DNA of 61,551 nucleotides, filler included, from Nitrospinae bacterium RIFCSPLOWO2_12_FULL_45_22 (GTDB lineage Bacteria > 2-12-FULL-45-22), in the NCBI GenBank assembly GCA_001803565.1. It is 5 parts of 5 records of this genome, joined end to end, with 100 filler letters (N's around TTAATTAATTAA, not from the genome) between each part and the next. Parts side by side here need not be neighbours in the genome. Positions count along the whole stretch, not along the records: positions 33,391 to 51,537 come from MHDQ01000024.1; 4 more parts are not named here. The stretch is one strand, 5' to 3'. This document shows positions 37,985 through 47,505 of the stretch, piece after piece (position 1 is the first letter of the stretch; every line of letters starts with the position of its first letter). Position numbers and translations under genes: made by a program. The notes below the pieces were generated by a model, which saw nothing but the letters and a program-made list of their open reading frames with translations, had not been told where the DNA came from and made no database searches.

Positions 37985-39115
37985 ATGAATCTCGATTTTA
38001 CCGAAGAGCAGGAGGCTTTGAAGAAAACCGCCCGGGACTTTATGACCAAGACCTGGTCTAGCGCCTTGGTGCGGGAGTTAGAAGAGCACCCAACGGGGCT
38101 TAAAGAGGATATTTGGAGACAGATAGCCGAGTTAGGCTGGCTAGCGGTAGCCATACCCGAGGAATATGACGGTGTTGGTGGCAGATTTATGGACCTGATT
38201 GTCCTTTTTGAAGAGATGGGCCGGGCCTGTTTCATTGCTCCTTTTTTCTCTACAGTCATATGCACCCTGGCCATTGTAGCGGCTGGTAGCGAGGAGCAGA
38301 AGAAGGAAATCTTACCCCGGGTAGCTAACGGAGAAATGGTTCTCAGCTTAGCACTGGCTGAGCCTAGCGCCAGATATGACGCTGCAGGAATTGCCACCAG
38401 GGCAGCAGCTAATAAAGATGAATATGTTATTAACGGCACCAAGCTTTTCATCCATGATGCCCAGGTAGCTCACTGCTTTTTATGTGTGGCAAGGACCCGG
38501 ACAGAAGGCCCCCCAGAAGATGGCATTACCCTCTTTTTAGTGGATGCCAAAAGCCCGGGAGTAAAGATTACACCCTTACACACTATTGCCGATGATAAAC
38601 AGAATGAGGTTATTTTTGAGAATGTGAAGGTAGCAAAAGGGCAAGTGCTTGGTCCTATAGAAAAAGGCTTCCCCGTGATAGAGATGCTCCTGGAGCAAGC
38701 TGCAATAGCCAAATGTGCAGAAATGGTAGGTGGAGCTGATTGGGTAATAGAGAACTGCACTTCCTATGCTAAGGAACGGGCACAGTATGGTAAGCCTATT
38801 GGCAGCTACGGGATTATCCAGCACTACCTGGCGGAGATGTGGACAGAGATAGGAATAGCCAAAAGATTTACTTATTATGCCGCCTGGTTACTGGATCAAG
38901 GCATTCCATGCCGTAAAGAAGTGGCTATGGCCAAGGCATGGGCCAGCGAGGTTTACAAACGGTGGACCCGCATGGGTGTTCAGGTATTTGGTGGGATCGG
39001 GACAACCAGGGAGCATGATATGGGCTTGTATTATCGCCGGGCCAGGCAAGCAGCCCTACTCTTCGGTGATCCCGATTCGTTGCGGGAAAAGATAGCGCAA
39101 GAAATCATCCTTTAG
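37985..39115 (+). CDS. Acyl-CoA dehydrogenase (FadE27/28-like partner subunit)
   Basis: ACAD fold motifs; GGIGTTREHD, LFGD C-terminus. Confidence 0.9.
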   Translation: MNLDFTEEQEALKKTARDFMTKTWSSALVRELEEHPTGLKEDIWRQIAELGWLAVAIPEEYDGVGGRFMDLIVLFEEMGRACFIAPFFSTVICTLAIVAAGSEEQKKEILPRVANGEMVLSLALAEPSARYDAAGIATRAAANKDEYVINGTKLFIHDAQVAHCFLCVARTRTEGPPEDGITLFLVDAKSPGVKITPLHTIADDKQNEVIFENVKVAKGQVLGPIEKGFPVIEMLLEQAAIAKCAEMVGGADWVIENCTSYAKERAQYGKPIGSYGIIQHYLAEMWTEIGIAKRFTYYAAWLLDQGIPCRKEVAMAKAWASEVYKRWTRMGVQVFGGIGTTREHDMGLYYRRARQAALLFGDPDSLREKIAQEIIL

Positions 39116-39132
39116 CCCTTGGGCTCTGTTTC

Positions 39133-39735
39133 TCATGCGCTATCGGCGCTTAGATAGCTCAGAATAAGTTCTTCACAGATTTTTTGCACCTTAGGAAGAG
39201 AGAAGGCCTCTTCATCTAACATATACTGGAACGAGATGCCTATTACCATCCCTACAATAGCGGTGGATACTCCTTGAACATCTAATTCTTTAAAGACCCC
39301 GTGCTGAATACCATCTTCTAATATCTTCTGGGTTAATCGCCGATACCTGGCATAGAGCCCAGCCGTTATATCTTTTATCTCTTTATTTTTTGTCGCTTGA
39401 CTACAAAAATCTAGTAATACCTGAAAGAAGGGCTCTCTCTCTGAGGCAGCCTCAAAGCTACCGTCAAAGATGGCCCGGATTCGTCCGGGGGGAGTCCTGG
39501 CCTGGTTGGCCTTCTCATTGACCAGATTATCCAGAGAGTTGGTCAGCCTATCCAGAACCATTATTAATAGTTCGCCTTTATTCTTAAAATAATAATGAAT
39601 GATACCCTTACTAAGGGTTGCCTTATCTGCTACTTCCTTAAGGGAAAAATTTCCATAACCCTTCTGTGCTATACAGTCAAAGGCTGCTTCTAAAAGCTGA
39701 TGACGGCGCTTAGGCGCTACTCCCCTCTTTGGCAA
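39133..39735 (-). CDS. TetR/AcrR-family regulator
   Basis: N-terminal HTH: EVADKATLSKGIIHYYFKNK. Confidence 0.92.
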   Translation of the reverse strand: MPKRGVAPKRRHQLLEAAFDCIAQKGYGNFSLKEVADKATLSKGIIHYYFKNKGELLIMVLDRLTNSLDNLVNEKANQARTPPGRIRAIFDGSFEAASEREPFFQVLLDFCSQATKNKEIKDITAGLYARYRRLTQKILEDGIQHGVFKELDVQGVSTAIVGMVIGISFQYMLDEEAFSLPKVQKICEELILSYLSADSA

Positions 39736-39821
39736 TCTATCCCCTCCTCATTGATTTGTGATACCAAGAATTGACACCCCCATAAAAACCAGATTAATAT
39801 ATAGCTTGATATTGTCATATG

Positions 39822-39944
39822 GTAACAGTTCAGTCCCTATCGAAAATGAACGTCATTCCGACCTAAGGGAGGAATCTTTATTTACCTCCGGTCTGGGAAA
39901 GATTTCTCGCTACGCTCGAAATGACAAAGAACCTGAACTGCTAC
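39822..39944. mobile_element. IS66-type MITE-like element with an internal palindrome
   Basis: GTAACAGTTCAG / CTGAACTGCTAC; flanks GTCATATG / GTCACATT; inner GTCATTCCGAC...TCGAAATGAC. Confidence 0.75.
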
Positions 39945-40022
39945 GTCACATTAAAGTGGTGAACGGTTATAATCTTAGCAAAATATTTTTTATAAGTAAA
40001 ATCTTTTAATGAGGAGAATGAT

Positions 40023-40685
40023 ATGGTAAAGGTTGCTCCTTCTATCCTATCGGCGGATTTTAGTAAGTTAGGTCAGGAGGTAAGAGCGGTAGAAGAGGCC
40101 GGGGCAGATTTAATCCATATTGATGTCATGGATGGTCATTTTGTCCCTAACATAACGATTGGCCCGCTAATAGTCGAGGCGGCCAGGCGGGCTACTAAGT
40201 TGCCCCTGGATGTTCATCTGATGATAGAAGAGCCGGATAGGTACTTAGATCAGTTTGCCGAAGCGGGCAGTGATATTATCACAGTCCATGTTGAGGCCTG
40301 CCGCCACTTGCACCGAACTATTCAGAGAATCAAAGGCATTAGAGGAGGTAGGGTATTAGCCGGGATAGCCCTTAATCCGGCTACGCCTCTAGCGGCTTTA
40401 GAGGAGATATTACCCGAGAGTGACCTCTTGCTAATAATGTCTGTTAATCCAGGATTTGGCGGCCAAAAGTTCATCCCCCAGGTATTAAGCAAGATTAAGA
40501 AGTTGAGAGAGCTCCTGGAAGCCGGGCGATGGGAAAGGAAAGAGCTAGAAGTGGATGGGGGTGTATGCCCTGAGAACAGCCGGGCGATAAGGGGGGCTGG
40601 TGCTACTATCCTGGTGGCTGGCTCAGCAGTATATGCTAGTAGCAATTATAAAGAGACTATTGAAAGACTGCGGGATAAGTCTTAA
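40023..40685 (+). CDS. rpe: Ribulose-phosphate 3-epimerase
   Basis: APSILSAD, HIDVMDG, SVNPGFGGQ, VDGG. Confidence 0.97.
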   Translation: MVKVAPSILSADFSKLGQEVRAVEEAGADLIHIDVMDGHFVPNITIGPLIVEAARRATKLPLDVHLMIEEPDRYLDQFAEAGSDIITVHVEACRHLHRTIQRIKGIRGGRVLAGIALNPATPLAALEEILPESDLLLIMSVNPGFGGQKFIPQVLSKIKKLRELLEAGRWERKELEVDGGVCPENSRAIRGAGATILVAGSAVYASSNYKETIERLRDKS

Positions 40686-40691
40686 ATTCCC

Positions 40692-40720
40692 TTGACAAAG
40701 GTAGTTTAATTTAATAATAT
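40692..40720 (+). promoter_or_regulatory. Putative ffh promoter
   Basis: TTGACA-17-TAATAT. Confidence 0.55.
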
Positions 40721-40735
40721 CCCCTCCCTAAGCCC

Positions 40736-40959
40736 CATAAGCGCTAACTTAAAACAGAGCTGTAATTTTACTTTGATTAAAATATTGAATATCGAACAAG
40801 GAATAATGAATGTCGAAGGAACTGATTTCAATTTTTGTCACAAGCGTAAAAACCGCTAAAGAAAAGAACAGGAAAACTTCATAATTCGAAATTCCTTGTT
40901 CGATATTCGATATTCAATACTTGTTTTAATCAGACTGTTAAATTAAGTTAGCGCTTATA
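40736..40959. mobile_element. IS4-type MITE-like element with 11-bp TSD
   Basis: ATAAGCGCTAACTTAA / TTAAGTTAGCGCTTAT; TCCCTAAGCCC duplicated at 40725-40735 and 40960-40970. Confidence 0.82.
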
Positions 40960-40991
40960 TCCCTAAGCCCAGGGATCGGAGGAGGATTACA

Positions 40992-42320
40992 GTGTTCGAA
41001 AACCTTGCAAATAAACTGGAAGGGATATTTAAGAAGCTTCGGAGCCGGGGCAGGCTTAGTGAGAGCGATGTTAATGAAGCCTTGCGGGAGATAAGAGTCA
41101 CCCTCCTGGAAGCCGATGTAAATTTTAAAGTAGTTAAGAGGTTTATTGAGCAGGTGAGGGTTAAGGCTATTGGCCAGGATGTTCTCAAGAGCCTAACCCC
41201 AGGACAGCAGATAATAAAGATTGTCCGGGATGAATTGACTATGCTGATGGACCCTGGCAGCCTGAAAGGCCCTATTAAACCCGCTGCCTTCCCTTATATA
41301 ATCTTTTTGGTCGGGATTCAGGGTTCAGGAAAGACCACTACCGTGGCCAAGCTGGCCCTTAATTTCAAGAAAGAGGGTTTTAATCCCTTGCTCGTAGCTA
41401 CTGATGTGAAACGACCCGCGGCTGAGGAACAGTTGGAGATTTTAGCTCGACAGATAGGGGTAGGGGCCTTCAGGCGGCAAGGTAACGAGGGGCCGGTAGC
41501 TATCTGCCAAAATGCCTTGCAAAGGGCCCAGTTGAACAAAAATAACCCCATAATTGTAGATACTGCCGGTCGCTTCCATATTGATGAAGAATTGATGGCC
41601 GAGTTGATAGGGCTTAAAAATAATATTAACCCCCAGGAAGTCCTATTGGTAGCCGATGCTACTACGGGCCAGGAGGCAGTAAATATTGCCTCTACCTTTA
41701 ATGACAGATTAGGAATTGATGGGATTATCCTCACTAAACTGGATGGTGATGCCCGGGGTGGTGCTGCTTTATCCATGAAGGAAGTGACTGGTAAGCCCAT
41801 AAGATATATTGGCATTGGGGAAAAGCTAGATGCTATAGAGCCATTCTACCCGGATAGGTTGACCTCCCGTATCCTGGGTATGGGCGATATTCTAACCCTG
41901 ATAGAGAAGACCGAGGCGGCCATTTCCCAGGAGCAGGCCCGAGAAGTCGAGAAAAAGATTCGCGAGCAGAGCTTTACCCTGCAAGATTTTAGAGAACAAC
42001 TCCGGCAGATAAAGAATATGGGCCCTATAGACCAACTTATCGGTATGATCCCGGGAATGAGCCGGATGAAAGGGTTGCAGGTAGAAGAAAAAGAACTGGT
42101 AAAAATAGAGGCTATAATTAACTCTATGACTCCCCATGAACGGCGGAATTATGCTATAATAGATGGGAGTCGAAGGAGGAGGATTGCTACGGGCAGTGGC
42201 ACCAGTATCCAGGATGTTAACCGATTATTAAAACAGTTTGCTCAAACCAGGAAGCTCATGAAAAAACTGGTCCAGCCCGGTAAAAAGACCAAAGGGAATT
42301 TCCTTGATCTATTTCGGTAA
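40992..42320 (+). CDS. ffh: Signal recognition particle protein
   Basis: LLEADV, GSGKTT, DTAGR, TKLDGDARGG, M domain. Confidence 0.97.
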   Translation: MFENLANKLEGIFKKLRSRGRLSESDVNEALREIRVTLLEADVNFKVVKRFIEQVRVKAIGQDVLKSLTPGQQIIKIVRDELTMLMDPGSLKGPIKPAAFPYIIFLVGIQGSGKTTTVAKLALNFKKEGFNPLLVATDVKRPAAEEQLEILARQIGVGAFRRQGNEGPVAICQNALQRAQLNKNNPIIVDTAGRFHIDEELMAELIGLKNNINPQEVLLVADATTGQEAVNIASTFNDRLGIDGIILTKLDGDARGGAALSMKEVTGKPIRYIGIGEKLDAIEPFYPDRLTSRILGMGDILTLIEKTEAAISQEQAREVEKKIREQSFTLQDFREQLRQIKNMGPIDQLIGMIPGMSRMKGLQVEEKELVKIEAIINSMTPHERRNYAIIDGSRRRRIATGSGTSIQDVNRLLKQFAQTRKLMKKLVQPGKKTKGNFLDLFR

Positions 42321-42339
42321 AAAATAGGAGAGAGAAGAG

Positions 42340-42573
42340 ATGGTGAAGATAAGATTAAAAAGGATGGGAACTAAGAAAAGGTCCTTCTATCGCATTGTTG
42401 CTATGGATTCCCGGGCACCGAGGGATAGTAAGTGCCTGGATGAATTGGGCATATACGACCCTATGCAGCAGCCAACCTTGATAAAGGTTGATCAGGAAAA
42501 GATCAAGAAGTGGCTCGCTCAAGGTGCCCAACTTACTGACACTGCCAGGAGCCTGGTTTCTAAAATAGCGTAA
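42340..42573 (+). CDS. rpsP: 30S ribosomal protein S16
   Basis: MVKIRLKRMG..K..FYRIV. Confidence 0.97.
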   Translation: MVKIRLKRMGTKKRSFYRIVAMDSRAPRDSKCLDELGIYDPMQQPTLIKVDQEKIKKWLAQGAQLTDTARSLVSKIA

Positions 42574-42583
42574 AGTACTTTTC

Positions 42584-42647
42584 TTTTTGGACGCAGATGA
42601 AGGCAGATTACACTGCGTGGGGATAGATGGACATCCGCCTCCAAAAA
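42584..42647. repeat. Short palindromic element
   Basis: TTTTTGGACGCAGATG / CATCCGCCTCCAAAAA (14/16). Confidence 0.55.
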
Positions 42648-42683
42648 ATTATCTATAACCTTTAACTAGAGGGAGGTGAACTA

Positions 42684-42914
42684 ATGAGGGATTTGATCCT
42701 CTATATTGCACGAGCTTTAGTAGATCTACCGGAGGAAGTGGTAGTAAATGAGGTAGAAGGAGAAAAGACCATGGTTCTTGAATTGCGGGTAGGCAAAGGA
42801 GACATAGGTAAAGTTATAGGTAAAGAGGGTAAAACTGCCCGGGCTATGAGGGTTATACTGAATGCTGCCGCAACTAAGCTGAGAAAGAGGGCTGTGCTAG
42901 AGATATTGGAGTAG
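42684..42914 (+). CDS. khpA: KH-domain RNA-binding protein
   Basis: GKVIGKEG GxxG loop; rpsP-rimM context. Confidence 0.93.
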   Translation: MRDLILYIARALVDLPEEVVVNEVEGEKTMVLELRVGKGDIGKVIGKEGKTARAMRVILNAAATKLRKRAVLEILE

Positions 42915-42928
42915 CAAGTAGGAAGGCG

Positions 42929-43444
42929 ATGAATGAAGAGCTAGTGACTATTGCTAAGATTGTTAAAACCCAGGGTAATAAAGGCGAGTTAAAAATCCTT
43001 TCCTATGTAGAAGATCTATCCCTATATGCCAAACTAGATAAAGTATATATTGACCAGGGTCATCTGGATAAAGAGCCGAGAGTTTATCAAATAGAAAAGT
43101 GGAGGAGAAGGGGACAATTTTTGATTATACAGTTCACTGATTGTTATGAGCGCACTGAAGCAGAAAAGCTACGAGAAGCCGTGATAAAACTTCCAAAAGA
43201 CCACTTCAAGCGACTACCGGAAGGGAATTTTTATTGGTTTGAGATCGAGGGATTAGAGGTTTATCAAGATACCGGGAGATACTTGGGAAAGATAGAGGAT
43301 ATCTTCCCTACGGGTAGCAATGATGTTTATCGAGTAAAGGATGGAGGGGAGGAAATCTTATTACCGGCTACCAAAGAGATAATCAAAGAGATTGACCTGG
43401 CTAACCATAAGATGATAGTTCATCTCCTGGAGGGGCTGATTTAG
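42929..43444 (+). CDS. rimM: Ribosome maturation factor RimM
   Basis: G.KGELKI, FYW.EIEGL, GSNDV; context. Confidence 0.95.
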   Translation: MNEELVTIAKIVKTQGNKGELKILSYVEDLSLYAKLDKVYIDQGHLDKEPRVYQIEKWRRRGQFLIIQFTDCYERTEAEKLREAVIKLPKDHFKRLPEGNFYWFEIEGLEVYQDTGRYLGKIEDIFPTGSNDVYRVKDGGEEILLPATKEIIKEIDLANHKMIVHLLEGLI

Positions 43445-43447
43445 GCT

Positions 43448-44176
43448 ATGGAGTTCAATGTTCTGACCTTGTTTCCTGGGATGTTCTCTTCCCCGTTTAA
43501 CTATAGCATCTTAAAAAAGGCCCAGGATAAGGGTATAATAAGGATCATAGTATATAATATCCGGGATTTTACCCAGGATAAGCATAGGATAGCTGACGAT
43601 TACCCCTATGGGGGCGGTGGGGGCATGGTGCTGAAGATAGAGCCTATAGTAAAGGCCATAGAGTTTGTCCAGACCAGAGGCCCCACCGAGGCTAGAGTAA
43701 TCCTTATGAGCCCCCAGGGGAAACTCTTTTGCCAGAAAAAAGCTAAGGAATTAGCTAAAGAGAGCCGCCTTATCATTATCTGCGGCCATTACGAAGGGAT
43801 TGATGAGCGGCTCAGCCATTATTATGTTGATGAAGAGATATCTATTGGCGATTATGTCTTAACTGGTGGGGAGCTCCCGGCCATGGTACTGATTGATACT
43901 GTGGCAAGATTAGCGCCCCAGGCCCTGGGGAACGAGGTCTCTAGTTCCCGAGACTCTTTTTATCATGGGTTGCTAGACTATCCTCATTATACCAGACCGG
44001 CTGATTTCTGCGGAAGAAAAGTCCCAGAGGTACTGCTGAGCGGCAACCATCAGGCTATTGAAAAGTGGCGCCGGGCAGAGGCTTTACGACGCACCTGGGA
44101 GCGGAGGCCTGAATTACTTAAAGAGGCCCCCTTTTCTATGGAAGACCTGGAATTATTGAGCAAGATTTCTTCCTAA
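43448..44176 (+). CDS. trmD: tRNA (guanine37-N1)-methyltransferase
   Basis: DDYPYGGG.GM, CGHYEGIDER, SIGDYVLTGGE. Confidence 0.97.
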   Translation: MEFNVLTLFPGMFSSPFNYSILKKAQDKGIIRIIVYNIRDFTQDKHRIADDYPYGGGGGMVLKIEPIVKAIEFVQTRGPTEARVILMSPQGKLFCQKKAKELAKESRLIIICGHYEGIDERLSHYYVDEEISIGDYVLTGGELPAMVLIDTVARLAPQALGNEVSSSRDSFYHGLLDYPHYTRPADFCGRKVPEVLLSGNHQAIEKWRRAEALRRTWERRPELLKEAPFSMEDLELLSKISS

Positions 44177-44219
44177 GCCCAGAGCTAATCCCTAAAATAG
44201 CAGCCTCAAAGAGGTAAAA

Positions 44220-44490
44220 ATGGAGCTTTTTGGCATTTCAATAACCCTATTACAGGAAGAACACAGAACAAAGAGCAAAGAACAAAGACCCCCGGCTTCT
44301 TATCTTAGCTCTTGGCTCTTAGTTCTTTGTTCTATATTAAACGGGGATACTTACTTAGGTGGCGTGGAGGAATGGCAGATGGATGAAGCAGTCCCATCAA
44401 GAAGCCATGGCATTACTTAAACAGATAGAAATAGGGCAAGAGGAAGCAAGAAAAGAGGCATCGGTGAGCACTACCAAATTTTATTTTTAG
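44220..44490 (+). pseudogene. Degraded TM + coiled-coil gene resembling 2144-2653, interrupted by a palindrome
   Basis: MELFGISITLL [hairpin ~44253-44339] GILT*VAWRNGRWMKQSHQEAMALLKQIEIGQEEARKE. Confidence 0.5.
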
Positions 44491-44503
44491 GAAGGAGAGA
44501 AGG

Positions 44504-44860
44504 ATGGGAGTTATAAAGGAGTTAGAAAGAGAACAGATTAAAGACCCGGCGCCTTCTTTTAATATAGGCGATACCGTAAGGGTCCATGTGAATATAATAG
44601 AAGGGGACAGGGAGCGGGTACAACCCTTTGAAGGAGTTGTTATTGCTCGCAGAGGTAGTGGTCTATCTGAAACCTTTAGGGTAAGAAAAATATCTTATGG
44701 CATAGGTGTAGAGAAGATATTCCCTTTACATTCCCCCCAACTGCTAAAGATTGATGTGATTAGAAGGGGAAAGGTCAGGAGGGCCAAGCTGTATTACTTG
44801 CGGGAGAAGAGGGGGAGTGCGGCTAAAGTAAAGGAGCTGGGAAGAAATAAAGGAAAGTGA
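44504..44860 (+). CDS. rplS: 50S ribosomal protein L19
   Basis: [24 protein letters not shown]. Confidence 0.97.
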   Translation: MGVIKELEREQIKDPAPSFNIGDTVRVHVNIIEGDRERVQPFEGVVIARRGSGLSETFRVRKISYGIGVEKIFPLHSPQLLKIDVIRRGKVRRAKLYYLREKRGSAAKVKELGRNKGK

Positions 44861-44994
44861 GAATTTTAAGAAAGTCCAATTATTTATCGAAGAAATAGAA
44901 AAGATTTAGTCCCCACAATATTGGTCATTAGGTCAGTGCGTTATTGCGTTAGTAGATCATTACGTCATTTCCTGATGACCTAATAAGATGTCCT

Positions 44995-46260
44995 TTGGAA
45001 CCCTCAATTAGTATTATTACTATCAAATTAGGGTTAATTGTTTTTTTGCTCGCCCTATCTGCCTTTTTTTCTGGAGCTGAGGCCTCCCTGTTCTCCTTAA
45101 GCCCCCTGCAGTTTAAGCAACTGGAAGAGAAAGGCCACCCCCGCCACAAAACCCTTACCAGCCTCCTATCCCGGCCCAGACAGCTCATTATCTCCATTCT
45201 TATCGGCAACGAAACGGTCAATCTCGCTGCCGCGGCCCTGGCTGCCTCTATTGTTATATCCCTCCTGGGAGATGCCAGGAAAGGCTGGGCGGTAGTTATT
45301 ATGACCCCGATCCTGATAATAGTAGGGGAGATAACACCCAAGGTTGTTGCGGTAAAGAATTCCCTGCGGGTCTCTACCTTAGTTGCATTACCTATGAAAT
45401 GGTTTATTAGGCTCATTGGCCCTTTGAGATGGCTTTTTAAGGGCATTTCTGAGGCAATTATCGGCCTCTTGGGCGGGCAGGTAGTTGCCCGGAGCAATAT
45501 CATTAAAGAAGATATGGTGCGTACGCTGGCCGATGTGGGTGAGCGAGAGGGTGTGCTGGAACCTGCCGAGCGGGAGTTGATCCATAAGGTCTTTGATTTT
45601 GCTGATGCCCCCGTATGTCAGATGATGGCCCCCAGACCCGATATCTTTTCTCTATCCCTGGATTTGTCCATAGAAGAAATTCTGAATCAAGTCAGGCAGA
45701 ACCGCCGCTCCCGTATCCCGATATATAAAGACAATCAGGATAATATCGTTGGTATCTTATATGCCAAGGACTTATTGACTTCCAGCCAGTTTCAGCGGGG
45801 CGAAGGCGATATATATTGGCAGGACTTGTTGCGCGAGCCTTATTTTATCCCCTGGAGCAAAAAGGGCCTGGACCTCTTCAAGGATTTTCAGAAAAAGAAG
45901 ATTCATATGGCCGTTATAGTAGATGAATATGGGGGTATAGCTGGCCTGGTGACTATGGAAGACTTGTTGGAAGAGATCTTTGGCGAGATTGAAGAAGAGC
46001 CGGAACCTAAAGGAAGACCCTTTGAAATAGTGGCCCCGGATAGCTACCGGTTATCGTCCAGGCTGACCATAAAAGAATTTAATGAGGTACTGGAGACTCA
46101 ATTGTCCGATGAGCAGGTAGATACGATCGGCGGGTTCGTCTTTAGCTTATTCGGCCAGTTGCCTCAAGAGGGAGAAAAGGTACAATACCAGAACCTTTGC
46201 TTTGAGATAGAGGAGGTAAAAGGTACCCGGATCACGAAGATCCTGGTTAAAAAGGGATAA
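44995..46260 (+). CDS. CNNM/CorC (hemolysin-family) transporter
   Basis: SAFFSGAE, GEITPK, CBS pair, VDEYGG, CorC domain. Confidence 0.9.
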   Translation: MEPSISIITIKLGLIVFLLALSAFFSGAEASLFSLSPLQFKQLEEKGHPRHKTLTSLLSRPRQLIISILIGNETVNLAAAALAASIVISLLGDARKGWAVVIMTPILIIVGEITPKVVAVKNSLRVSTLVALPMKWFIRLIGPLRWLFKGISEAIIGLLGGQVVARSNIIKEDMVRTLADVGEREGVLEPAERELIHKVFDFADAPVCQMMAPRPDIFSLSLDLSIEEILNQVRQNRRSRIPIYKDNQDNIVGILYAKDLLTSSQFQRGEGDIYWQDLLREPYFIPWSKKGLDLFKDFQKKKIHMAVIVDEYGGIAGLVTMEDLLEEIFGEIEEEPEPKGRPFEIVAPDSYRLSSRLTIKEFNEVLETQLSDEQVDTIGGFVFSLFGQLPQEGEKVQYQNLCFEIEEVKGTRITKILVKKG

Positions 46261-47505
46261 ATGGAATACTGGCAACCCTTAACTATTATCCTATTTTGCT
46301 TGATGGCAGAAGCTTTTTTCTCTGGCTCAGAGATAGCCTTTGTTGCGGTAGATAAGATCCGGGTACAGCACCTGGCTCAATCTGGCTCCTGGGCTGCCCA
46401 GTGGGTCTTAAGATTCATAGAGAATCCGGAACGTATATTCTGCGCCATGATCTTCTGTCATAACCTGGCCTTTGTCACCGCGGTAACGCTGGCTACCTCC
46501 ATCTTGATTAAGCTCTTTGGGGCGGGGTTAGGCGATCTCTTGACCCTGATATTGGTCTCACCTTTATTATTGGTTTTGGGGGAGATTGTCCCTAAGAGTA
46601 TCTTTCAAGAAAGGGCCGATTGGATTACCTTCCGGGCAGTTTATCCCATATGGCTGGCCTCGGTCATATTCTATCCTATCCTCTTCCCGTTGAGCAAACT
46701 AATAGCCTTTATCCAATGGCTGATAGGCCAACAAGACCTCAAGCCTGCACCCTTCTTCACCCGCGAGGAGTTGGATATGATTGTACAGATGAGTGGCCAG
46801 GAAACCGATGTCGAGCCCGAAGAGCAGATTATGATCCGTAAGATATTTTCTTTTAGCGATACTGCGGTCAGAGAGGCCATGATCCCACTGGTTGAGGTAG
46901 TAGCCGCAGAAGATACCGCCAGGGTCGAAGAGGTTATCCAGAAGATAGCAGAAAAGGGCTTCTCCCGCATACCTATATATCATCAGGAGATACATAACAT
47001 CATCGGGATAGTAAAGGCCCATGATTTACTGAAGGCCCAGGATAGGCAAACCCCGATAAAGGATTTTATCCGGCCTACCTATTATGTGCCCGAACAAAAA
47101 CGGATAGATGACCTGCTCCGGGAGATGCAGCATAAGCGGGGTCATATGGCTATTATAGTAGATGAGTATGGTGGCAGTATAGGCCTGGTAACCCTGGAGG
47201 ACCTATTAGAGGAGATCGTGGGGGAGATCGAGGATGAGTACGACCCTAGCCGACAACTCTTCCGCCGCCTGGCTGATGATAGCTATATTATTGACGGCCG
47301 GATGGAGATAGACCGCATAAATGAAGAATTGGGCCTGGGCTTACCCAAAGGGGATTATGAAACCCTGGGTGGTTTTATAATCAATTATCTGCAAGCTATC
47401 CCTGAGATAGGCCACTCCTTCCAATATGATAACTTGAGCTTCCTGATAAGGTCTGCGACCAAAACACGCGTAGAAGAAGTAAAGCTCACCCGCCGAACCC
47501 CTTAA
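46261..47505 (+). CDS. CNNM/CorC (hemolysin-family) transporter, tandem paralogue
   Basis: AFFSGSE, GEIVPK, VDEYGG, EIEDEYD. Confidence 0.9.
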   Translation: MEYWQPLTIILFCLMAEAFFSGSEIAFVAVDKIRVQHLAQSGSWAAQWVLRFIENPERIFCAMIFCHNLAFVTAVTLATSILIKLFGAGLGDLLTLILVSPLLLVLGEIVPKSIFQERADWITFRAVYPIWLASVIFYPILFPLSKLIAFIQWLIGQQDLKPAPFFTREELDMIVQMSGQETDVEPEEQIMIRKIFSFSDTAVREAMIPLVEVVAAEDTARVEEVIQKIAEKGFSRIPIYHQEIHNIIGIVKAHDLLKAQDRQTPIKDFIRPTYYVPEQKRIDDLLREMQHKRGHMAIIVDEYGGSIGLVTLEDLLEEIVGEIEDEYDPSRQLFRRLADDSYIIDGRMEIDRINEELGLGLPKGDYETLGGFIINYLQAIPEIGHSFQYDNLSFLIRSATKTRVEEVKLTRRTP

